A DNA stretch of 64,000 nucleotides from a virus, in the IMG/VR virus record IMGVR_UViG_3300047319_000185, positions 48,631 to 112,630 of that record; one strand, written 5' to 3'. Both the position numbers and the translations under genes were made by a program. Positions within the stretch are counted from its first letter, which is position 1, and the number at the start of each line of letters is the position of its first letter. The notes below the pieces were generated by a model. It saw only the letters and a program-made list of their open reading frames with translations. It had not been told where the DNA came from and ran no database searches. This document shows positions 19,733 to 26,211 of the stretch, piece after piece.

Positions 19733-19822
19733 ATTACATGCATTTAGTTGGCAGCCATTTCCCACTACAGGCGGTACTGTGTTGCTATCCCTTAGCCAAC
19801 GGGGTTATGCATGAACCATACG

Positions 19823-19905
19823 TGGAAGATAAAGGAATCGAACCCTCAGGCTTTCACACCTGGCACGGTTTTCAAGGCCGTTTCGCACCCTGTGCGCTAT
19901 CTTCC
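19823..19905 (-). tRNA. tRNA-Ser(TGA)
   Basis: Long variable arm; loop CT-TGA-AA. Confidence 0.88.
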
Positions 19906-19917
19906 GTTATTGGATAG

Positions 19918-20014
19918 CTGATAAAACACTAGGGGAATCGAACCCCAGACTCTATCCGTAGTCCCCAGGACAACATTCCTGGCGCTGGTGCCTCCAGCTT
20001 TAGCTTAATATCAG
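19918..20014 (-). ncRNA. Non-canonical tRNA-like RNA
   Basis: Four arms including a perfect GGGG-TTCGATT-CCCC T-arm; 6-nt anticodon-position loop and interrupted closing stem. Confidence 0.6.
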
Positions 20015-20017
20015 GAG

Positions 20018-20104
20018 CGGAAGATAGGAGATTCGAACTCCTGAGGGGATGGATACCCTGCTGCCTTTCCAAGACAGTGCACTAGACCGCTATGCGAATC
20101 TTCC
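20018..20104 (-). tRNA. tRNA-Ser(GGA)
   Basis: Long variable arm; loop TT-GGA-AA. Confidence 0.9.
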
Positions 20105-20107
20105 AAG

Positions 20108-20187
20108 CGGAAGGCAGAGTACTCGAAACTCCAGCCGTTAAACTGAACGGATTAGCAATCCGTCTGCCCACCTCGGGCTTACCTTCC
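20108..20187 (-). tRNA. tRNA-Ser(GCT)
   Basis: Long variable arm; loop TT-GCT-AA. Confidence 0.88.
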
Positions 20188-20191
20188 AGAG

Positions 20192-20266
20192 AGCGTATAG
20201 GGAGAGTCGAACTCCTAAGTAGCAGTTTTGCAGACTGCCCCCGCGCCCTGCGAGTTAACTCTACGC
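20192..20266 (-). tRNA. tRNA-Cys(GCA), atypical acceptor/D junction
   Basis: GCAGT-CT-GCA-AA-ACTGC; T-arm present. Confidence 0.75.
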
Positions 20267-20269
20267 GCA

Positions 20270-20443
20270 TTAATCAATAATCACAACTTCACTGTAGCTA
20301 AGACGATATGTCTTAATCTTATCCCCATCCATCTTGGCAGTACACCAAGTTGACTCACTTCGGATAATTCTGCCTTCTTTACCGAATGCGTTACTACGAG
20401 GGTTCGTAACCTTGATCCTAGTACCTTCTTTGTTCTTACCCAC
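20270..20443 (-). CDS. KOW/SH3-like micro-protein (57 aa)
   Basis: Manually read; GGAGG RBS; GTRIKVTNPRSNAFGKEGRII. Confidence 0.55.
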   Translation of the reverse strand: MGKNKEGTRIKVTNPRSNAFGKEGRIIRSESTWCTAKMDGDKIKTYRLSYSEVVIID

Positions 20444-20458
20444 AGTTTGCCTCCGTGT

Positions 20459-20602
20459 TTAAAGAAACTCTACTTCGGACTTCTTGTAGTAAAGCGTATC
20501 CTTGCCTATCTTAACAAGAACTTGGTCATCCAGCAAATGGACAACTACGCCTCTCTTGCCCGCATTCTTACCCACAAGAATAAGGACATGTCTGTCAGCC
20601 AC
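20459..20602 (-). CDS. KOW-motif micro-protein (47 aa)
   Basis: Manually read; AAGGAG RBS; HVLILVGKNAGKRGVVV. Confidence 0.65.
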   Translation of the reverse strand: MADRHVLILVGKNAGKRGVVVHLLDDQVLVKIGKDTLYYKKSEVEFL

Positions 20603-20624
20603 TATATTTCTCCTTGTTTGAAAG

Positions 20625-20703
20625 TGGAGATAGGGGGAGTCGAACCCCCGCTCCTAGCTATTCCGCGTGCGGTTTCAAAGCTAGTCGAATCCAGATAATC
20701 CCC
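20625..20703 (-). ncRNA. Minimal tmRNA-like RNA (tRNA-like domain only)
   Basis: 5' GGGGATTATCTGGATTCGAC, G3:U70 pair, P2a CTAGCT/AGCTAG, T-arm, ATCTCCA 3' end; no tag ORF. Confidence 0.8.
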
Positions 20704-20784
20704 ATAAATGCACAGGCACCAAGCCTCTGTGCTCCCAGGTCCACGAATAACATAACCATCTCCTAAGAGACCCTGGCCCTTACG

Positions 20785-20855
20785 TACCCAATGACGGAGC
20801 TGCCCCGCCTACTGCTCTTTGTAAGAGAGCTATGATCCTGTTTCACCAATCGGGC
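20785..20855 (-). tRNA. tRNA-Val(TAC), non-canonical T-loop
   Basis: GCTCT-CT-TAC-AA-AGAGC; T-loop GGCAGCT. Confidence 0.8.
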
Positions 20856-20888
20856 AAACACCCTTTCGGGCGATATTACTACTATATC

Positions 20889-21095
20889 TTAAAACAACTT
20901 AGTTGGAGTAAACATATCAGCAGGAAGAGTTTCAGACTTCACATGGTTTCCTGCCCAGGTAATATCTACTACTAGGTTACCATGGTCGTCTATATACTCG
21001 TCACTATTTGCATGAGCCTTACTATTACGTGGACCCCACAGAGAATCTCCTGCTTGAATCTCGTTGCGTTTCTTTCCGAACAAGAATCCCATCAT
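20889..21095 (-). CDS. Hypothetical protein
   Basis: AGGAGG RBS just after tRNA-Arg. Confidence 0.6.
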   Translation of the reverse strand: MMGFLFGKKRNEIQAGDSLWGPRNSKAHANSDEYIDDHGNLVVDITWAGNHVKSETLPADMFTPTKLF

Positions 21096-21110
21096 TGCCT
21101 CCTTTTGGCG

Positions 21111-21183
21111 TGCGCCTGGAGGGACTCGAACCCCCAACCTAACGGGTAGAAACCGTTTGCTCTATCCTTTGAGCTACAGGCGC
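21111..21183 (-). tRNA. tRNA-Arg(TCT)
   Basis: Canonical cloverleaf; loop TT-TCT-AC. Confidence 0.93.
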
Positions 21184-21206
21184 AGTGCCCTTTCGGGCGG
21201 TACTAC

Positions 21207-21677
21207 CTAATCCCACCAACCGTACCAAACATACTTGGAGTCAGTGTAGATGTCAATCTCATCCCAGTCCAAATCGCTGATCAGAGCTGTGTGAAGCTGT
21301 TGCTTAACCTTACCGCGAACTGCACTGTTGGTCAAGCGCTTGTAACTCTTGTGACTGTTCCAGTTTTCTGGGTAGTACTGAAGGTATGTGTAGCAGTTCT
21401 TGTCAGCAAGCTTACCCTCATTAGTATCCGGGCGAGGATAACGAAGACGCCAACTGGAAGGAGTTGTTTCAGGTACTTCAAGAGTACACTCTACAGTCTC
21501 ACTCCAACGACGGTACAAGGGTCTGATACGGGTAGTTCCCTTAGCCCAGTAGGGTTCGTACTCCTCTTCCCCGATCTGTTCCTTGAGAACTACGTTGTGG
21601 TTGTGTGTGACCCTTACAGGCCCTCTGGGATCATTGTTCTGAACCCATGTAGGACGAGTATTATAAGTGCGAGACAT
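21207..21677 (-). CDS. Basic hypothetical protein (MSRT... type)
   Basis: GGAGG RBS; 156 aa. Confidence 0.65.
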   Translation of the reverse strand: MSRTYNTRPTWVQNNDPRGPVRVTHNHNVVLKEQIGEEEYEPYWAKGTTRIRPLYRRWSETVECTLEVPETTPSSWRLRYPRPDTNEGKLADKNCYTYLQYYPENWNSHKSYKRLTNSAVRGKVKQQLHTALISDLDWDEIDIYTDSKYVWYGWWD

Positions 21678-21785
21678 ACCAACCTCCGATAGTGCTAGAA
21701 GTTAAGCCAGTATATCGTTACTGACGGAACGTCGATGTCCACCATTTTGTGGGGAGAAATAGTCATCGAATTTATGCAACTCCCG

Positions 21786-21857
21786 TACGGCTAGAGGGAT
21801 TCGAACCCCCGACAACGGCTTCGTAGGCCGGTATGTTATCCTCTACACCATAGCCGT
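21786..21857 (-). tRNA. tRNA-Arg(ACG)
   Basis: Cloverleaf; loop CT-ACG-AA. Confidence 0.9.
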
Positions 21858-22280
21858 AGGACCAGTCCACCAGCCAAACTGCTCAAAGGTTTTTATCCTA
21901 TGGCATTTTACGCACAGTACCTGGCATTTATCTATCTCAGCTTGAACAACCGTAATCTTAGAGGTGTGTTTAGCTGCATCACTAATGTTAAACAATTTGG
22001 TAGAAGGATCAAGATGATCAAACTCTAGCACACGTGGGTCAATTTCTCCACATTGTACACAAGGATTATTAAGTAGGTATCTCCAGATGTATTCTCGCAT
22101 GATCTGTAGATATTTTAGATCATTCTTCCTAGCCTTGTCAATGTAGTATTGCTTATTAGACGTATAGTGCTCCCTGTTGTATTGATTGTGGCAGGGCTTA
22201 CACATTGAACTTCTAGAAGCAAACTCACTTAAGGACTTTTCTATGTTGCACTTTCTGCATGTCTTCATGCTATTAATCAT
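21843..22280 (-). CDS. HNH endonuclease
   Basis: KTCRKC..K...EF, CVQCG, LEFDH, KCQVLCVKCHRIKT. Confidence 0.88.
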   Translation of the reverse strand: MINSMKTCRKCNIEKSLSEFASRSSMCKPCHNQYNREHYTSNKQYYIDKARKNDLKYLQIMREYIWRYLLNNPCVQCGEIDPRVLEFDHLDPSTKLFNISDAAKHTSKITVVQAEIDKCQVLCVKCHRIKTFEQFGWWTGPTAMV

Positions 22281-22295
22281 AGCATAGGTTCGTAG

Positions 22296-22808
22296 CTACT
22301 TCTTCAATCCTAGCAGATACTTTCTCAACTTACCAGGTGTAACCAGGTATGGTTCCCTGTCTGTCAAAGTATAACCCACTTCATCATAGTCCTCAGAAAC
22401 TAGCTGAGAACAGATAAGGTGCTTTGAATCAAGGACTCTCTTGGTAACTCCTGGAGCCTTGATGTGAAAACGATACATCGAAATCGCCAGGTAGTCAAGG
22501 AAGCTGTACTTTACTCCTACTTGCCCGACTGCTCTGTTAACTATAGTAGTACGCTGGTCATCTGTCAACTGAACCAGACCTGTTGACCAGAGGATACTGC
22601 GTCCATCATACTCACTCAGTTGGGATATACAAGCCCCACCAGGTTCAGCCTCTACGATCTGACCGTTACCGATATAGATAAAGGCATGTTCATAGTTGGA
22701 GAACCCATCTCCATTCAACCACTGTCCGAAGCGTATTAACGCTCCTACACCACCAGCAATGGATACAAGTCCGAAGTCTCCTGGTAACGGAGTTACACTA
22801 TCAATCAT
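22296..22808 (-). CDS. Permuted papain-like NlpC/P60 (YiiX/YebB family) hydrolase
   Basis: PGD..YEHAFIY..IVEA with a C-terminal ICSQLV catalytic Cys. Confidence 0.8.
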   Translation of the reverse strand: MIDSVTPLPGDFGLVSIAGGVGALIRFGQWLNGDGFSNYEHAFIYIGNGQIVEAEPGGACISQLSEYDGRSILWSTGLVQLTDDQRTTIVNRAVGQVGVKYSFLDYLAISMYRFHIKAPGVTKRVLDSKHLICSQLVSEDYDEVGYTLTDREPYLVTPGKLRKYLLGLKK

Positions 22809-22938
22809 CACACTTCTCCACATGAACTCTCAAAGCCACATTAGCATCATGCTCAGTGGGAAATGGACCTTCTACATGCTTACGTTTGTCACTACACTGA
22901 TGGGAGTATGCCCAACCTCTATTAGCCTTATATACCAT
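22801..22938 (-). CDS. Small hypothetical protein
   Basis: AAGGAG RBS; MVYKANRG... Confidence 0.5.
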   Translation of the reverse strand: MVYKANRGWAYSHQCSDKRKHVEGPFPTEHDANVALRVHVEKCDD

Positions 22939-22958
22939 TTTATTCTCCTTATTATACG

Positions 22959-23030
22959 TACCCCCCGTGGGAATCGAACCCACTACTCGACGTTTAAAAG
23001 ACGCCTTGTCAACCGGAGACACTGAGGGGC
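22959..23030 (-). tRNA. tRNA-Lys(TTT)
   Basis: Loop CT-TTT-AA; T-arm present. Confidence 0.85.
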
Positions 23031-23057
23031 ATAAGGCCATTTCTGGCCCGTTTTACT

Positions 23058-23354
23058 TTAATCAATCTGCCAGCTAGTCTGACAGTCAGCGCAAGTACCA
23101 TAATGGCCTCTAGCGCCACGAGAGACCGGTAGAATAGTTCCAAGACCACCAATAATCTTGCCTGTGAAAAGATTGGTGTTATGGTCTCCACGTCTATCTC
23201 TTGGACAGTCAACAAGTTCCCCTGTTGACCCACCAGGAGAATTCCTGGTAAGATTACGCTTTTCCTGACCATTCTTCTTGTAGTAACGCGCAGCATGGTC
23301 ATTAACATCAAACGGCTTACGAGGTTCTGGCTCTTTCTTACCAAACAAACTCAC
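23058..23354 (-). CDS. Hypothetical protein, possible Zn ribbon
   Basis: CP...H and CADC motifs. Confidence 0.55.
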   Translation of the reverse strand: MSLFGKKEPEPRKPFDVNDHAARYYKKNGQEKRNLTRNSPGGSTGELVDCPRDRRGDHNTNLFTGKIIGGLGTILPVSRGARGHYGTCADCQTSWQID

Positions 23355-23649
23355 GATGCAGGATTTCCCTTCTTATCAGTAAGCTGCCATGCACAGCCGC
23401 AGTCGTTACAGGTCATATACGTACCCTTGTCTCCACGAGATGTACAGAGAAGTGGGTATACCTTTGTTCCATCAGACTGCTGCTTATAACCACAAGTTAT
23501 CATACCTGTGAAGAGATGGGTATTATGGTCTCGTTTGCCACTAGGACAAGGAGGACTGGAATTGAATACCGATCCACCCTTATATACAAACGCCTTAATG
23601 GTATCACCTAGAAAACTGATAGTTTGCCTCCTATAGTTTTTATATAACG

Positions 23650-23722
23650 AGCCTTATCAGGGAGTCGAACCCTGTCTCTCTCCGTACCAAGGAGAAGTGC
23701 TAACCATAGTCACTAATAAGGC
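23650..23722 (-). tRNA. tRNA-Thr(GGT)
   Basis: Loop TT-GGT-AC. Confidence 0.9.
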
Positions 23723-23833
23723 ATAACAGATTGAGTCTCTAGAGTTCCGTTTAACGGTGCCCTCTCTCTGCTTTCTTGTATGAAATCCAGCCCTGTGCTC
23801 CGGACGCTCTTTGCCCTTCATTCATACAATACG

Positions 23834-23904
23834 TACTCCGCCAGGGACTCGAACCCTGATCCCCAGATTAAGAGTCTGGTGCATCACCTTAATGCTTGCA
23901 GAGC
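23834..23904 (-). tRNA. tRNA-Lys(CTT)
   Basis: Loop CT-CTT-AA. Confidence 0.9.
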
Positions 23905-24030
23905 ATGTGAGTAGTTCTCGTAACACTACACCGTAGACGTTTACTGAAGCCGATATCTATGGTTCATGTTAATTATTGGACTCAAAGTCTTCAGTTACCG
24001 GAAATCCGTGACTCCTACTCAAAGCCATTG

Positions 24031-24102
24031 TGGAGCTACGGGGATTCGAACCCCGAATTCCTGCTTGCAAAACAGGCGTGTTGCCACTAACACTATAGCC
24101 CC
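24031..24102 (-). tRNA. tRNA-Ala(TGC)
   Basis: GGGGCTA/TAGCTCC acceptor; loop TT-TGC-AA. Confidence 0.93.
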
Positions 24103-24246
24103 AATGTGCCGTAAGGAGACCCCACTATCTCTGCGTGAGGTCACCAGGATGAGCCTTAGCCGAGAGATATTACGCATATCTCATCCCAGTAGGTTCCCTT
24201 ACTTGCGCGCCTTACCCTTAGCGTTTGCGCTTCCCTGATGTAGTCT

Positions 24247-24275
24247 AGCTTAGCAGATCAGGCTCTAAGAGTCAA
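24247..24275 (-). promoter_or_regulatory. Internal promoter of the RNA array
   Basis: TTGACT-17-TAAGCT. Confidence 0.6.
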
Positions 24276-24700
24276 TCTCGCCAGACCCAGCCAGATCGGT
24301 GTACTTCAGCATCACGTTCATGCTTCTCGATCTCATCTGCTGGAATTACCAGAATGTCATCCTGTAGCAGATACTGCTCCAACGTAGTATACGTATAGGT
24401 ATAGCTTCCGAATATGCGTGCAGATTCGATATACTCGTTACCTTCATAGCCGCACCCACGCTCATAAGCAGTAGCTTCTCTCAAGGAGTCGCTTTGAGTA
24501 ATGGAATAGTCTTCACCACAGCAAGAACACGTTACGTTATTCGGGTCATGGCCAAAACGGCTGTAGAAGACAGAGGTAGCTTGATTCTCTGGAGCCTCAA
24601 TGTAGATGTACTGATATGGAGACTCCTTGGTTCCACCACCAGAATGCATATCCATAAACTGTGTCCACACCATATTGCCTCCTATATCGTGGTACGTCAT
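24272..24700 (-). CDS. Hypothetical protein
   Basis: FMDMHSGG..YIEA..CSCCG phage family pattern. Confidence 0.65.
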   Translation of the reverse strand: MTYHDIGGNMVWTQFMDMHSGGGTKESPYQYIYIEAPENQATSVFYSRFGHDPNNVTCSCCGEDYSITQSDSLREATAYERGCGYEGNEYIESARIFGSYTYTYTTLEQYLLQDDILVIPADEIEKHERDAEVHRSGWVWRD

Positions 24701-24705
24701 TAGGT

Positions 24706-24750
24706 AAAAATAAACTCCACCAGTATTTCTACGGTGGAGAGGATTAAGTT
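24706..24750 (-). terminator. Intrinsic terminator
   Basis: CTCCACC/GGTGGAG followed by TTTATTTTT. Confidence 0.65.
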
Positions 24751-24760
24751 AATGATAGAT

Positions 24761-24832
24761 CGTAGCATACCGGACTCGAACCGGTGCGACGGACCAGTAA
24801 CGATCCGTACTCTACCTCTGAGTTAATACTAC
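24761..24832 (-). ncRNA. tRNA-like RNA with aberrant 8-nt anticodon loop
   Basis: Intact acceptor, D and T arms; loop CGTTACTG. Confidence 0.7.
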
Positions 24833-24863
24833 GAGACTGAATTGACTGTCTCGACCTATCAAG

Positions 24864-24939
24864 CTCTCACGACTGGAATCGAACCAGTAGGGGGACGGTT
24901 TAACAGACCGTTGCAACTGCCAATAGCTGCCCCGTGAGA
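24864..24939 (-). tRNA. tRNA-Asn(GTT)
   Basis: Loop CT-GTT-AA. Confidence 0.9.
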
Positions 24940-24983
24940 ATAAACCCTAACCACAAGGGGAAGGGTGTGTTATCAGCTCAACA

Positions 24984-25012
24984 AGAGTATCAGGTACCTC
25001 TTCTCTCGTCAA
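24984..25012 (-). promoter_or_regulatory. Internal promoter
   Basis: TTGACG-17-TACTCT. Confidence 0.6.
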
Positions 25013-25016
25013 GCAG

Positions 25017-25084
25017 CAGGGTATGTAGGGATTGAACCTACCAAGAAAGCTTTTGGAGAGCGATCTCCTCCCAGAGGATACCCT
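25017..25084 (-). tRNA. tRNA-Trp(CCA), short D-arm
   Basis: AGGGTAT/ATACCCT acceptor; loop CT-CCA-AA. Confidence 0.75.
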
Positions 25085-25131
25085 ATCGCGGTTCCGTTGT
25101 GTAATCGGACAACGGTTTCCTAAAACCTGCG

Positions 25132-25215
25132 TAGCCCTTATCGGATTCGAACCGATACGTCACAAGGACACTGGTTCCTAAGACCAGCGCGTCTGCCAGA
25201 TTCCGCCAAAAGGCC
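25132..25215 (-). tRNA. tRNA-Leu(TAG)
   Basis: Long variable arm; loop CT-TAG-GA. Confidence 0.92.
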
Positions 25216-25220
25216 ATACG

Positions 25221-25646
25221 TTAGCTTATTAAGTTATGGACATAATGAGAAGCTTCATAGTCTGAAGCAGAGGCATTATGTATTCCGCCATGTCCTCTAT
25301 GATGCTTACTGCACAAGAACATGAAGTTCTCGTCAGATTCTACCCAAGCCCCGATTTCATCAGGATTTGAGATACCGGGAAAGTCTCTTTCAAGGTAGGT
25401 TAAGTCTACACCCTGCTGCATACTGAATTCAACATGTGCGTGGTGAAGTTCTAGTCCTCCGACACATTCTGCTGTATCCCCGCCACGTCTCAGCGCGAAA
25501 TCACAAACTGCTGTGTCTACATGAGTCTTGCGGTAATGGTTAAAATCCTTGTAATGCGGATCATCTGTACGAGCTGGGTGAGCAGGAAACGCTACAGTGT
25601 AGTGCTTAGTCTCTGCTTGACTGTGTGCGTTTACTATCTTACCCAT
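25221..25646 (-). CDS. HNH-like His-rich protein
   Basis: LELHH...N...LCSKHHRGHGGIH. Confidence 0.6.
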   Translation of the reverse strand: MGKIVNAHSQAETKHYTVAFPAHPARTDDPHYKDFNHYRKTHVDTAVCDFALRRGGDTAECVGGLELHHAHVEFSMQQGVDLTYLERDFPGISNPDEIGAWVESDENFMFLCSKHHRGHGGIHNASASDYEASHYVHNLIS

Positions 25647-25666
25647 GTTGCTCCTTGTATGTCAAG

Positions 25667-25739
25667 TAGTCCTTGTCGGATTCGAACCGACACTGCGCAG
25701 GACTTAAATCTGCTGCCTCTACCATTGGGCTAAAGGACC
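25667..25739 (-). tRNA. tRNA-Leu(TAA), short variable loop
   Basis: Loop TT-TAA-GT. Confidence 0.88.
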
Positions 25740-25837
25740 ATTCGCACAATCCATCTTTTCAGGGTTCAGGCTTTGTGCTGTGCTAAGTCGGGCTGCCCCT
25801 CCATTGCCCTGACTGTGGCTTGCGTTACTTAGCAGTG

Positions 25838-25910
25838 TACTCCAGGTCGGATTCGAACCGACAACTCTTCGTTTTTGAGACGAAGTCCTCTACCATTGGG
25901 ATACTGGAGC
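25838..25910 (-). tRNA. tRNA-Leu(CAA), short variable loop
   Basis: Loop CT-CAA-AA. Confidence 0.9.
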
Positions 25911-26100
25911 ATAAGTGACGATTCCGGATTAGCATCCGGGAGCCACTACACAGGTCTTTAGCTTTTAGTCGGTTCAATGCTGTACAAGTAGTGTACCCCG
26001 GAAGTACCTTTGTTGTAAAGCTGTCCGTGCCAGGAGTTACTGTGCAGAACCTAAAGATGGGTTTGGTAACTTATTAGTCCCATCCAACCCATCTAGTTGC

Positions 26101-26190
26101 TTACTTTTGCTCAGTTGCCTTGTACAACTTTACTAAAGCTGTTACAAATAACACAACTGCTGTCGCCTGGTTAAGCTGCTTTGTGGTCAT
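26101..26190 (-). CDS. 29-aa hydrophobic peptide
   Basis: GAAAGGAG RBS; MTTKQLNQATAVVLFVTALVKLYKATEQK. Confidence 0.55.
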   Translation of the reverse strand: MTTKQLNQATAVVLFVTALVKLYKATEQK

Positions 26191-26211
26191 GAAGCATACT
26201 CCTTTCGTTAT

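Noticed and set aside
19062-19814. 250-aa plus-strand ORF
   Set aside because: Runs antisense across three tRNAs and thioredoxin; PTGFEPA-type translations are tRNA artefacts
24761-24832. Ochre suppressor implying a recoded genome
   Set aside because: Loop geometry is non-canonical, and the genes end normally at TAA/TAG/TGA without fragmentation
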